Both the position numbers and the translations under genes were made by a program. From positions 60,552,788 to 60,616,787 of the forward strand of contig CM120640.1 in the NCBI GenBank assembly GCA_051362555.1: a stretch of 64,000 nucleotides of DNA, read 5' to 3'. Origin of the DNA: Lingula anatina. Taxonomy: Eukaryota; Animalia; Brachiopoda. Below, one piece after another: positions 41,495 to 55,360 of the stretch (the first letter of the stretch is position 1; each line of letters opens with the position of its first letter). Under the pieces are notes generated by a model. The model did not search any database. It saw nothing but the letters and a program-made list of their open reading frames with translations, and was not told the origin of the DNA.

Positions 41495-44400
41495 TTATTG
41501 TGCCGACAATCTACATTTTCGTTCCTGCTCCAATGTTTTCACTTTGTTCCACATAGCTCTTGTGAGTTCAGTTTGTCCATAGCTCAAGGACAAAAGCCTG
41601 AAAATAATGATAAGGTCATGTACAATGGATACATTTCTGCACATATTAACATGCGACATTTTGTTCAGTTTAATCAAGAAGCAATCTGCCTTTAACAAAG
41701 ATAAAAAATAAGCGGATTGCTCTTACCTTGCAAGTACAAGCAACGAATGGAAGTCATCCACTTTCATAGCATTGGCATCTTGTCTTCGCATGCTTACGAA
41801 GTCTTCTTCCAAACTCTATAAAAAAGAGCAAATTGGTTTACTTGGTGAACTAAATCATCAATAATACCCAACTTTGCTTTAATTAATTAATTAAATATAA
41901 GAACATCATTCTAATCTTTCACATCTATATGAGCAAATGTTTTCACCTTTTGAACATCCTCGGCAATAGAATAATTCAGAAGCTGAACCAATCCAAGATA
42001 AGTTCTTATTTTAGTAAGGAGAGCAGGTGTGAGATATGATCCGATTGCTGAAAAACTCTCTTCAATTTTATCTAAAGGGGTCACTAACTGCAGAGGCACA
42101 TGGCAGTCACTCTATAGAAAGAAAAAATAAATGAAGTATTGTCTTATTTAATATATTCAATTGACCAAAAACACTGAACTTCACATTTACATTTCTCAAA
42201 TACTATCTACAAAAATTTAAGGTAATCAATTCACTTCATTCAACACGGTGTCCTCTCTGTTGCATATGTAATCATTTCTGTCATAATAACACGTTTAGAG
42301 AATTAGCTTCAAAGATTGCCAACACCCAAGACTGTAAAATGCTTAATTCCAGCAATGTTCCAGAAAATTGTTGGAAAATTCGAGTCAAAAGTGTCAGGGG
42401 GAATACCATGCTGTAGCACAAACTGAAATCCTGTCAAATTCTTTTCAAATTTTATTACAATTTAATTTTGAATTTTTTTGTTTGCTCTACCTGCATCTAA
42501 TTTTTCCAAGAACTTTGGAATTACCTTTACTTTGAGCTTCCAAAAAAAGGTCATAGGATGGGTATTTTGTGTTAATGAAGCAACCATTCTGACAATCTTC
42601 AAACGTACAAGATTTATTAAACAAAGGCATTTCTTACGGGTAATAGTGACTTTCCTTCTGATAAGATGATAGGAATAATATTACAATGAAAGTCTTGGTG
42701 ATGAAAGTTGAAATCGTATTCTACTTTCTGCCAGTTGATAACATTTCCCAAAGCAGTCAAATTCTTCACTCCTGGAATGAATTGGAAAAGTTATTTAAGT
42801 CAATAACTTCACAATAATTTCAATTAACATCATTTTTTGGGGGTTTAACACAACTTTTGACAAACTCTTAAATTAACATTTAGTGCTTACCTGCTTCTTT
42901 TCTTTCAGAGTCCAAGCATGGCAGATAAAATTTCAAAAAGCTTCAAATCTACAATTACTTTTCTCATGCTAGTCTGTGCTATTTGCCACATTAATTTGAG
43001 GAAAAGAAATTTAGCTCCAATAAAAACAGACGAGTCATGAAAGGTACCATTTGCATCTAGTTGCCCAGGTTCCAGGGCAGTTTCATCCAGAAATAGATGT
43101 GTCCTCTCAGCCAGCTGAAGAATGCCACTATTTAACCTGTTGGCTGTGTAATCTTTTTTGGGAGAAAAACTTAGTGTGTTCATGTTTTCCAACGACATGG
43201 GAAGCATATAAGACTGGAACAGACAACAGAAATACCATGAACAGTGATTACCTCATGCATTATATAATTTCAGAAATAATTAGAGAAACAAGTAAAAGGA
43301 TTTTCCTGCATTATGCTATCCATACAATCCATCTATGGAAGATAAAGTGACATATTTACAATGCTATTATTGAGAAATAAAACTTAATCACAGGAACACA
43401 CCTTTGTAGTTAGCTCCTGTATAAGTTGATACAAGCTCTGAGGAAATGATGAACTTCTTGGGCACCCACTGAGATTTAGGCAAAACTTGCCCAATGCTAC
43501 AACATCTCTTCTTGCATAGCTGTAAATATAAATGATACAGATCATATAACAAAATATACAAACCAAACCAAGAAAACCAAATCAGTTTTCGGTCTTAAAA
43601 TACAATGATAAAATTACACTTGCACATCTATCACTAACTTCAAAATCTAATTAAAAAATAATATTGTTCATTACTGAAATGTACACCATGTTAATTAAAT
43701 CATACTTACACTGACGAAATAAGATGGCACAATAAATACTCTACAGCTAAGGCATCTCCAAACAAAGCCAACTCCAACACCGAAACAATATGTGAGCGTA
43801 AGCTTTGTGCTTCTTGTAGGACACTACTCACAACTGTAATGAAGAGCAAAAAATGTTTTTAAAAAAATGCATGATACCCTGAATCTTAAAAATTATATGC
43901 AGTTACAGATGGCATGTACTGTTCACAGTTTTTTCACTTTAAAAAACTTTTTTTCACATAATCAATGACAAATTGGCAAAATTTATACCTAATATAAACA
44001 ACCCCCCCCCCCCCCCCCCCCCATACATAAACCATCTTCATCAAATGGCAGACTCTTATCTATAAGCTCTGGTCTAGTTACAATTGAAAGTCAAAAGCTG
44101 AGATAAATAATGCTTACATAAATCAATCTACATTTATTTTCAAAAACCAACTAGTACTAATTATGTCTTTACAAAATCCACTTACAATCCTTGTTAGTAA
44201 CATCTTCTATCTCCACTGGCAGATGAGGATTACAATGCTGCAGCCTGTATGCTGTTATAGCGTGTAACCTAGGGACAAGTGATGGTGGAGGATGGTGGAC
44301 AGACTCCTCTTCCATGTCCATGGCTTGGTCCTGTAGGAGGGCATGCTCAGAGCTGAGAACAATCAAGAGTACGTTAGAGTTAACATTTAAAAACAACTTG

Positions 44401-44639
44401 ATGGTGGTTATTGAATGCCACCTTGTTAACATAAGTCCAATTAGAAAAGTCATCTTAGAGATTTAAAAAATTAGGAAACACAGTACCTTTCCTCTTTGAA
44501 GTTTGCCATAGCTGGATCAATGGATAATACACCCACAAACTCTACAATATCATTGACCTTGTAGGAATCTCCATTTTCATAAATCTGAAAAATGAAAATT
44601 ATTCTAATAAGTAAATGAAAAAAGACTTACTGTAAAAAA

Positions 44640-44698
<59 letters not shown>

Positions 44699-46729
44699 AA
44701 ACTAGCCTGTCCATCCATTCTTACATCATCTATGTATACTTCTGTTTCAGCAAATGCTAAGTGCATCAACTGTTCAAATTCAGCTTTAAAACAAGGACCA
44801 CTCACCTTAACTAAGCACGCAGGCCCAGTCTCTTCTGACAAAGGGAAATTCAAGTTGATTGATGGACTGTTCAGCTGGGCTGAAATGATTTTTTGAAATT
44901 AAAAGCTGTAATTTCTGCATTCACCGTTTCGGTAAATACCTTCAACAGAAAAAAACAATTTTATGTGTCATTTTGGTATATTTACTTTATATCTATTCAC
45001 CTTCAACACCATCTGTTCTTGGTCGTTTTGCTTCTGCCGAATCTGGCTGTAACCCTGATGAAGTAGCAGCAGCAACATCCATTGCCTCTGATGATCTGAC
45101 TTCTAATAAAGAAGTAAATTTCATTAGGAGCCACTGGAAAAACATACTAGCTTTAACAATTCCTTATGTTTATATCTTATTTAGAAGTAGAAGATTTTTG
45201 ACAAAGACATGGGCTTCTAAGAGGATGCAGGTGTTATCTGGAAAGCAACAAGAAACTTTTCCCTTCCTTCCTTAATTAATAACTTACAGCTGTCTGATTC
45301 CTCTACAATGCGAGGGCACGATATGGATCACAATGTTATACTTTTCTGAAATAATGTTTACTCAGTTATCATGCATAGCCATGGCCACACTTTACGTTTA
45401 TTTTCAAACGATAGGCTGCACCTTACCCATATCTTGTTCATCATCTTCAAGGCCCCTTTTACATCTGACTTGCTTACTCGATGAAGATGGCACTACTTTT
45501 GCCCGACTGGCACTGTGAAAACTGTTAACAATGTTAAGGTTTTCAACTAGTATTTTTTAACTTTTATAACAACTTTACAAATAATCCTTACAAACTGCAA
45601 TGTTTTAGTTCTAAAAGTAGTCATAAATAAATTGAAACCTATTAATATTACACAATGAAATTTAAACTCTCTTTTCCAAAAGATATTTCTTTACACCACT
45701 GGGCCTCTCCAGGTATAGGCACACAATACAAAGTCTGCCTGTCTCCAGTGACATTTCTTGGTGAATCCAAATTGATTTTTTGATGGGGCTAAAAAAAATA
45801 ACAGCACTGTACACATTTAGTAACAACAGTTAATACATGCATCATATCATCCAACTTTAATGCTATACTTAAAACCAGTTTCTACTTTGTAAAAACCTGA
45901 AATCACTTTAATCCGTGATAACTTAATTGAACAAAAGATCTCTCAAAAGTCCAACCACTCACCAAACACTGGGCAATATCCTTATATTGTCCATTCTTCA
46001 TGAAACTTTCACCAGTCTTTGTATCAACTGTCTCATATGCACTTAAGAAGAATTCTGGGTCAAACATATCTTGTATCATGCATCGGAATTTTACCAAGGA
46101 GTTTGGTTTCAAATCATGGAGAGGTGTGTCATTTAATGAAGGGACCTAGGAACAGAGTAATTAAGGATAAATCGCAGTTGTACATAAAACCTCTGCTACT
46201 TTATCTTTACTTTACCTTACTGGGATTCCATGTTTTAATGGGCTTCACAGACAGGGCTTCAATATCTGAGTGTAATTAAGTTTTTATATCTCAAGTTTTA
46301 AAATTGCAAACACAAAGACACAAAATACAAACCCAAGACAAGGCATTTCTCTCTGATAGCCTCTTTTCAAAATATTCTTTTACTTTTGGAGAAAAATCTT
46401 GCCCATGGTGACCTGTATTAAAAAAGAAAATTATTTATATTATAATGATGTTTTAGTGCATTTGTAGTTTTCAGGACGGTCAATGAGAATAACTTCCAAC
46501 TACAAAGACAAAGAGATTTTACTCCTAAACTGTCAGAACTACCATAATGATAATCTGACAAATGTCACGAGCACGGTTGAACCTGCACTCTAGACTTAAG
46601 TCTAGATCTGCACCTGTACTGTAACATTAGTTTATACGTATTTTATTTAAAGAGATCACAAAACTGCTTACTGTATAATCCCTGGATGATGTCTAAGGGA
46701 CTGTTCAGCCAATCGTCCAATCCTGGCAT
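41495..46729 (-). CDS. MCMBP: Mini-chromosome maintenance complex-binding protein
   Basis: [17 protein letters not shown]..., [100 protein letters not shown]...RKCRLSAQ*. These are diagnostic MCMBP motifs. Confidence 0.96.
44637..44700. repeat. (TAAA)n microsatellite; other simple repeats are (GT)n at 19128-19163, CA/CACC at 11968-12025, poly-G at 47403-47432 and poly-C at 44002-44022 and 59056-59081
   Basis: Directly visible simple repeats in introns. Confidence 0.95.
45524..45686 (-). other. MCMBP: U12-type (minor spliceosome) AT-AC intron in MCMBP
   Basis: Minus strand reads ...TGTAAAGAA|ATATCTTTT...AACCTTAACattgttaAC|AGTTTTCAC. The 5' site resembles RTATCCTTT, the CCTTAAC branch lies ~10 nt before AC, and removal joins EAQWCKE|[10 protein letters not shown] in frame. 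Confidence 0.88.
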
Positions 46730-47025
46730 ATTTCAAGTGGATACAAAACAAAAAACAAAACGATCGCACAGGGAGTCAGATGTTTAGATCGGAGCTTTAA
46801 TAAGTGGCGGGAAATTAACACGTGCGAGATCAAAACAATACGCGCAAAGGAGAATACTTAGTTTTCCACTGATTAAGAATAAGTGTCATTTTTATCACAA
46901 AAGTAGTTCTGAATTTTTAAGAAAAAATAAAACACGTGTATGCTCTTGATGTTTCTGGCTTATAATATCTAAAAGAAATATCTCGCAATCTCGTGAACAC
47001 TGACGTGGACTTCGATGTTGACAAC
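46730..47025. promoter_or_regulatory. Compact bidirectional promoter for MCMBP and SEC23IP
   Basis: Only 296 bp separate the two ATGs. E2F site TTTCCCGCCA (minus strand, 46805-46814), two CACGTG motifs (~46819, ~46933) and UPRE/CRE-like TGACGTGG (47001-47008). Confidence 0.75.
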
Positions 47026-47402
47026 ATGGCGGACAGACGACAGACACCGCTTCGTGATGTTTCTCAAACACCACCTCCGCTTCTTTTAATGCCAGCAGGA
47101 ACGGGATTAACTTATACCCCTTCTCCTAAAACAAACCTGCTTATGCCTGTTTTACAGTCTGAAGCGTCATTATTATCGGGTGGTGAGTTAAGATTCATAC
47201 TCGTCTGTCATTCTGCAGCGGGCATTTGCCCCTTCATCGTAAAAGTGACGGTGTATTTTGTACCACTTTATGACATTTCGGTCAAATTACCACAATTGAA
47301 ATGGACTTTGACCATATTATATTGATGGGCACTTATTAAATTAATTTGAACTGACTAGACAAGACAACTGCACGTTTGACAATTTAAATTGTTCCTCAAG
47401 AT

Positions 47403-47433
<31 letters not shown>

Positions 47434-50400
47434 TACATCACTTCCTGATGGCTTATGCAGTCATAATGAGTAAATGTCTGAATGATAATCATATGCTGAC
47501 GTTTATTTCTAGATGTTGATGATGGGGAAGCAGACAGTTTTGTTGGACAATCACCTCCTTACACTTCATCCTCTAATAGTAGCCAGCACTCAGCATATGG
47601 CTTATTCCAGCAGCCGCCAACAAGTTCATCAGATGATCCATTTGCCAATATTAGTCAGATGAACACCCAGATTGCCCCTCCACCCAGTTCCTCAAATGTG
47701 CCACCATATAGTGTAAATCAGGGGCCTCAAAGGAACCCCCCAGTGGCTCCAACAGGTTTTTACTCAGGACCTCCACCAGCTGGGCCACCCTCATCAGGAC
47801 CACCTCCTACAGGACCTTCATCTACAGGACCACCACCTGCAGGAGCACCACCTATGGGTATGTACAGAATGATATTATCATAACAGAGATGGTTTTTTTT
47901 TTATTGTATGGCGTGCTGAGATAATTTGTTAGATAGTTTTCATCATCATACTCTCAAGGTAAATTTCATTAGAAAATGATCAGGTAATATATAATGAAAA
48001 GGTTAGTAGCAGCATGGTTTATTTATTTATTTATTTATTTTTACAAGGCGGGTCTTCTGGTGTCAATTATCACCGTCAAGGCAGAGAATTACGTTATGCC
48101 CAAATACCAGACTTGGTGGCCTCTCCTGTAGGTGTAGGGGGGCATGGACCACCACCTGGAATGCCCCCTTCTGGTCCACCTCCTCCACTTTCATCCTCCA
48201 TGGGACAGCCATCAAATATATTCACACCACAAGGCCAGGCTCCAAGTACTCAGCCTCATTTCCATAGCGACAGCCAAAATGTGAACCTCCAGCCACATCT
48301 AGCGGGGCATCATGGCCAGCTACCAACTTCATCTTCAGTCTTCCAGCCTGTCAGGTCTCATTGGTTCTACAGCAAACATGTGGAAGGCAAGGAACTATGG
48401 AAGCCATTTTCATACAAAGATGCTGCACGCTTAGAGGATGCGCTGCATAGAAGAGGTTTGTATATATATCTTTAAATAAAGCAACTTTAGATAACAATTT
48501 CAAAATGCACAAGAGCTGAATTTGAAAGTAAACAGATATTCTAATTTCCAGGGACACAATTGCTATACATATTATCTATATATTTAGAGGACATGATCTA
48601 CATTTCACCCATATCTTTTTTGTTGAATATTTGTAGCCACTGCCTCAGGTTCAGAAATCATAGTGCCAACACAGGGAGGAAGGTATGATGTGGATGTTAT
48701 CAAACGACAACAATTTGCTGTATATTGGGATGAAGAACCCTCGTCAGTAACAAGAAGTTCTTGGTTCTACAAGCCCGAAGGTGCTGCCAGGTTCCTGCCA
48801 TATGATGAACAGTTTTGTGCCAGGTTGGAGGTGAGTTCTTCCTGGTAGAAAAAGGAAGATAAAAATATATAAAATATTTTATGTTGTATCTTTATTTCTT
48901 TACTAATGATCTAATAGAGTTAATTTGCACATTTGCCCCTTAATATTTTTAGAACTTGTAAAAAATTTATTTCTCATTGCAATATATGAATTTTGTTAAA
49001 TTGGGGGAAAACATATTGGAAAGAAAGGACAGTTACATCTGAAGAACTATAAGTAAAATTATTAAAATGTATAGTACATGTTATGTTGCTTTGGAAGACT
49101 ATTATCTGACGTGGCTTATTTGCATGTGTCCCTAAATAATTTTAGAATTTGTAAAGAAAATCTATTTCTCATTGCAAAATTTCAATTTTGTTATATTGGA
49201 GAAGAACAGCTTGGAAAGAAAGGACAATTTCTCTTAAAGAGCTATGTGGATTATATATTGGTAAATATTTCATTGTTTGAAGCACCTTTTTGTTAAACAC
49301 ATGGCTTGGTATTAACTACCTCGTGTATCTTATAACAACAGGAAGAATACCAGGCAGCTGTGATGAACAATGTGTGGCCCAGGAAGCTTCAAATTGATGA
49401 AGGAACAATTGTCATGCACAGCCCATACACAATTGAACACTATTCTACAAATTCTATCCCAGATGAATATGGAACTATTCCTGTAAGTTTATATTTGAAT
49501 AATGAAATAAGTGGAAAGGAAATTTGTTTTAGATTAGGTGTAGCTTATTGGCATGAATGTTTTACTTTAAACAGACAGAGACTTGAATTGTGATTTGCAG
49601 ATTCAAATTTAAGTTCCATCTGTTTCAGCTGCATTCAAGAGCAAGATGTGTTATAAGAGGCACACAGGACTTTGAAGATATCGAAGAAGGTAAGACTATT
49701 TTCACTAATCACTTTGTCTATTCTTGCTGATTAGTTAACAGACCTTTGTAATTTTGTCCCTACAGGCTAAGCCAGGAGAGAGCAATAATTCTACTTATTC
49801 TACTATGTTTTTTGTTCATATGTGTACTACATCCCTGGTTGTCTTGCACTATTTTTTTCTAACAGTCATACAAACCCTAATCTTGTAGGTGAACCAGACC
49901 AGATAGACCACCTGGTGTTTGTTGTCCATGGCATCGGACCTGTGTGTGATCTAAGGTTTCGAGACATAAGGGAATGTTGTAAGTTGTTGGGTACTTCTTT
50001 GAGATAGCATAGTGTTTTATCAGAATTTATTTTTGTTTTCGTTTCTGATAGGCTGTATACTCAAGGTGATCTTTAATTCTAAAATGTAAGATTTTTAATG
50101 TTTTTATTCTATGATTTTCTCCAAGAATAACTGGTGGAAATAAGTAAAAGTTGTTGGCCTAATATTTTCATTCCATTTGTTCCAATGTTTTAGTGGATGA
50201 TTTTCGGTCTGTATCACTGTCCCTGATGCAGTCTCACTTCAAACAGTATCTGGAGCGAGGACAAGCAGGACGTGTAGAGTACCTGCCCGTACATTGGCAT
50301 AAAGCTTTACATGGAGAGGCAACAGGGGTTGACAGGTAAGACATATATTATTGAAATTAAGCTATAAATCTCATTTTTGTTACTTATATAAATGTTTTTG

Positions 50401-53400
50401 GTTCTCTGCTATTAAATTATACATTTGTGATAAATAGGTTCTTGGCAGTGAGAATGAGATTTTAACTATTTTAAATAACATAGAGTATAGCTTTATAATA
50501 ACTCACAGAAAAATTATCTTGATTATTTTTATTAAGTATGATAGATGTGTATGTAGTATTTAAAATATGACCTCTTGTTTCTTTTCTTTTCTATATGTAT
50601 GTATGTATGTATGTATGTATATTTTTCTTTTAGGAAACTAAGAGAGATCACATTAAAGAGTATTCCAAAGCTCAGACATTTTACTAATGACACGCTTCTA
50701 GATTTATTATTCTACACATCTCCAGTATACTGTCAGGTATGTATTAGATTTGAGAAGATGGCTAATAAATGACGAGAACAGTATGCATTAAAAATTCATT
50801 CAATCCAACTGTTGCTAAGCAATTATAGTAAGAAAAGTGAAACTCCAACATGTCTTAAAGTTTTATAGGAAAAAATAACACTTTTGTTACATTTCCCATT
50901 TCAGCAAATTGCAGACACAGTATCTGGTGAAATGAATAGATTACATGAGCTGTTTTTGCAAAGGCAACCAAACTTCAAAGGCAATGTGTCAGTGATGGGC
51001 CACAGTTTAGGTACATACTGTAGTCATGAGATGCTTGCCTTTAAAATACGTCAATTGTGAAGTCCAGAGAGAAGCGTAATGAATGAAATTTTCAAAGATA
51101 TTCTGATTATCATTATCCAAAATAAACAGAATAAAAATCAATTAGTCATTTGAGACTGTAAATATTCAATGAAAAGAAAAGTAAATATGTCAAATAAATG
51201 CTGATATGTAATACCCCTACAAGAGTTAACATTTATTACACTCTGCTAAATGTGTTATAGGTTCCCAGATATTGTTTGACTTATTGTTACACCAGAAGGA
51301 TAGTGAAGGTAAAGCACTTCCAGCAGTGCCACAAGAACAAGGGCAACTTACCTTTGAAAGAGAGGTGGGTTTATACGGAGTATTTTACAACTGGGAAAAG
51401 TCTTGATGCACATTTTTTGTGTCACATGCTTTTTTGATTAATTATTTTTGGTATCATGTCCTGAGAGTTCTATGTCAGTAACTGTTTATATCAGGATTGT
51501 TGACTTAAGATCTTTCTTAGTGAAAAGCTGTACCTTTCATGTTGCATGATTTATTGATTGTATTATGTAATATAAACACAGGGATTGTTTTGTTAGTTTT
51601 ATAAAAGTTTGTTCGTGAAACATTTTGCATTTTATTCTTGAAGGTATCTCCATTGTCAGAAGAATCTCATGTGGAAGATGCAGATGAGGAAGAAGAAGAA
51701 AGTCTTGAGGCTTTGCTAGAGAAGCTAGGGCTGTCCAGTTTCTTGGAGACATTCAATAAAGAACAGATAGACCTTGATTCTCTGGTATGTATTGAATTTT
51801 CTTTAGAATGCTTGACAAGAATAAGTAGGAAAATGGCACTCATTAGAAAAAAGCTGCAGTTTTTCCTTGAATATATTAGTTTACAATGATTTTTTAAAAT
51901 TTGGTGTTTGTTTTGCAATAGTTTGAAGGTGATTATTAAATTTTTATATATTGATGCTTGTCAAAGGAACATGTAAGTATAATGTGTGAGTCTGATTTGG
52001 CCGAAGACCTCACTGGCCAAATGCTTGAAGTGAACTTTGAGCAGGCTATGCTTACTTTTAATGGGCTGTTGCTATAATGACAAGCTTATATATCACTAAG
52101 CCATGTCTTCTTTTGAATAAGTATGTTTGTACAGTTCATAGTTTTGCAAAAAATGGAGTGGCCAGTGCAGCAAGTGTTAGAAAAAAATCACCAAAGGTTC
52201 AACATTACCAATAGATAATTATGAAATATTTAGCAATATGTAAATTTTTGCAAGTAATCAGATGAGATAAATGACCTTTGTTTGTGAAATGTTTCTTCTT
52301 TGTAAATCATGAATATATGTTAAAACCAGTTCGCTACATTTTTTATTATAGACTGAGATTGAAGAGTCTGACATCAAAGAGATGGGTCTACCAATGGGTC
52401 CAAGGAAAAAACTTCAAAAATACATAAGAAATAAAAAAGAGAAAGAGGTAGGCAAAGGTGACTTATTAATCTTTCAAAATTTATTTCAATTATTTTACTT
52501 TTTGTTAAAGTTGAATAAAATGGACTTTGCTTTCTGCCTAGATTATAATAGCTAGGGCAGCCTTTACATCTAAAAGTTTTGGAGTAAGTAGGCCAACCTT
52601 TACATTGTCACCTGATAATTTTGGAGTATATCAAGTATGTCTCTTGCCTTTCAGAAGAAAAAACAAGAAACAGCAGCAAGTAAATCAAAACGAGAAGCTG
52701 CTCAAAAGATAATAGAAGAACAGAAGCAAGCAGCTAGTGAAGCTACATGTAAACTGAATAGCAATGGACAGGGGATTACGCAGGAGTGAGTGTAGTTAAC
52801 TTCTTTATTAGCTGGACTGTATGTATATAGTTATATCATTCATTCAAATACAGCATCATTTAATGATAACTGCCTTGTATATAAGGAATGTGCTTAATTT
52901 ACAGGCATCCACTTTTGAAGCAAGCATCCAGCACTAGTATATCATATGTGACTGGTCTAGCAGGTACGGGTCAGCCTTGTGTCAGCTACCCACAGCTACA
53001 GTTTGAAATGGCCAACTTCTTTGCATTAGGGTCACCTATTGCTATGTTCATGACTGTGAGAGGAGTAGGATCTATAGGGGAGGAGTACAGGCTACCAACC
53101 TGTCCAGGATTTTTCAATATTTTTCATCCAGTATGTTGTTTTTGATTAAATTGCCTTAATAAACACAAAGTCAAATTAATTCCGTAATTTACCAAAAAGC
53201 TGTCATTTTGACCATTTAGGATACATAAATGCCATTGTCAAATGTCTGTCAAATCATCCAGCTTTAGTGTAAGGTCTTGAGAAAGATATACAACCTGTTT
53301 TTTAATGAGAATGTTTTTAGTCTATTTTGTTGTTTCAACTTTATTGATTTTTTTCTTCTTTTTTTTAGTTTGATCCTGTGGTAAGTACTTGATTTAAAAT

Positions 53401-55360
53401 TTCTAGTTTTGATACATTATTTATTATTTAAACTTCGAAAAGTTCTTGCATGACAAACATAGGTAATTTAAAGGATAATTTGGATCGTTCATATATGTTT
53501 TTCATGGTGCCAAATGTTACAGTAAAACAAAATTAAATAGTTATAAGTGGCATTGTGCAGTTAAAATGAAATTCAGCCATAAATTTAAACAAGTTTCCTT
53601 CCTTTACAAGGCCTATAGAATAGAGCCTTTGATCAACCCTAACTATACCATGAAACCAGTGTTGATGCCACATCATAAAGGAAGGAAAAGATTGCACTTG
53701 GGTAAGAGTTATTATCATTTCTGTAAAATTTGTAAAGAGACTGGTACAGACAGGTTACTTCCATAGGAGCTTCAGAATCTGGGTTGATTCAGGCATATCT
53801 TCAGTCAAGGATTTCTTTAAATTTTCTGGTGAAGCTGGTCATAACATAATGGTACACAGGATAATATCTCAATTTCTGCCTTTGCCTGATCCTGTGGTTT
53901 CATGTGCATTTACCCCTGTAAATGATAGTTTTTGAAAACCATCATGATTGTAGTTTTTCATCTTTGCAATTTAATTTGGTAACAAATGTTAATTGTCGAT
54001 ATAAATCATTTTGACAATTCTGCCATTCCAGAGCTTAAAGAAAGTTTGAGTAGATATGGTGCAGATCTCAAGCAGAAGATAGTTCAGTCTCTGAAGGGCA
54101 CATGGAATATGATTAATGACTTTGCTAGAGCTCACAGGTCCACACCAGAGGAAATAGTAAATAGTGAGGTAGATAGTGTAATAAGTGACTTGGCCAAGCA
54201 ACAGGAGGAAACTGAACAGGCCTGTAAGTACAGTTGCTAGTTGATGATATATAATTTTGTGATGGGAAATGTGATGAGCATAGCAATTTATATTGCTTTT
54301 TTTTAAATCATTGTCATCAGTAAAAGAAGTTAAATAATAGTGACCTATCCATAACTTTCAAAAATCATGTTCTTAGTGTTCCTACAGTGCTGCTAAAATA
54401 CTTATCAAGGACATCTTTGTTTTAGCTGTGGCTTCAGAAGAGGAAATTATTGTAGGTAGTATGAACCAAGGAAGAAGGATAGACTATGTGCTGCAAGAAA
54501 AACCTATTGAAAGTTTCAATGATTACTTGTTTGCCCTTGGAAGCCATGCCTGTTACTGGTAAATTGTCATTTAATTTACATGCTGGCACTATGTGTCTGT
54601 CCATGGCATCGTCAACCAACACATCTGTTGTTCACCCTCAAACTGCCAAACCATATTTTTTTGTTTTATGCTATATTTATTGTGTGGGTTTATCTGGTAA
54701 AATTGCAGACTGTGTTCTAAACTCCAGCATGATTGAATTATATCAACAAAAATAGGATTTTTCGTTTGTTGGATGTATTTTGTGACATTTTCTCCCCCAT
54801 TTGGTGCCTGTAAATTTTCTAGCTTTGCTGTCTAGGTTACATTTGTTTCAGTGACTTTTTATTTTTATAGCCCTGTACATATGTAAAAAAAAAAAATTGA
54901 AAATCTTTCATGAACTTGTTTTTTTAATTTATGTCTTCTCATAATCCTTGCAATTTACCAAACTCCAATTTTTTCAACAATATCCAGGGAATCAGAAGAC
55001 ACTGCACTGATGATCCTTAAAGAAATATATCTGCCATTGGGAATGACACCAGTTATGCCAGGATCTGACCTCACAGCCAACAGATTTCCACGGCCTCCCA
55101 GTCAACAGTCATTAGGACCTTCTCCAACAATGCTTGGTGCTCCTCCCAGAGGCCCCCCCATGGGTCCACCATCAGGTCCTCCCCCTGGACACCCATCAGG
55201 CGCTATGTCTGGACCAGCAGGTTATTCAGCTGGGCCTCTGCCAGGCAATTATGCAGCAGTATCCAGAGGATCACCACCTCCACCTTACACAGCTCAGCAG
55301 GCTCCAGCAGCAGCCCCACCATCAGGGCCTCCTCCACTTCAAGGATTTGTAAGAAGGTGA
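47026..55360 (+). CDS. SEC23IP: SEC23-interacting protein / DDHD2-type intracellular phospholipase A1 (Pro-rich N-terminus, WWE, lipase, SAM, DDHD)
   Basis: MADRRQ start, a Pro-rich region, HWFYSK...[47 protein letters not shown], the GHSLGS lipase motif (~50998), SAM ([11 protein letters not shown]), [34 protein letters not shown] and SHACYWESED. Stop at 55360. Confidence 0.94.
53369..53380 (+). CDS. SEC23IP: 12-nt microexon (FDPV) of the DDHD domain
   Basis: Long polypyrimidine tract, then tag|TTTGATCCTGTG|gtaagt. It is required to complete NIFHP-FDPV-AYRIEP. Confidence 0.9.

Noticed and set aside
51980-52110. Possible alternative SAM exon or H/ACA snoRNA in a SEC23IP intron (TTTGGCC...GGCCAAA stem)
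   Set aside because: No convincing splice sites, no LPMGPR motif, and no clear H/ACA boxes or second hairpin.
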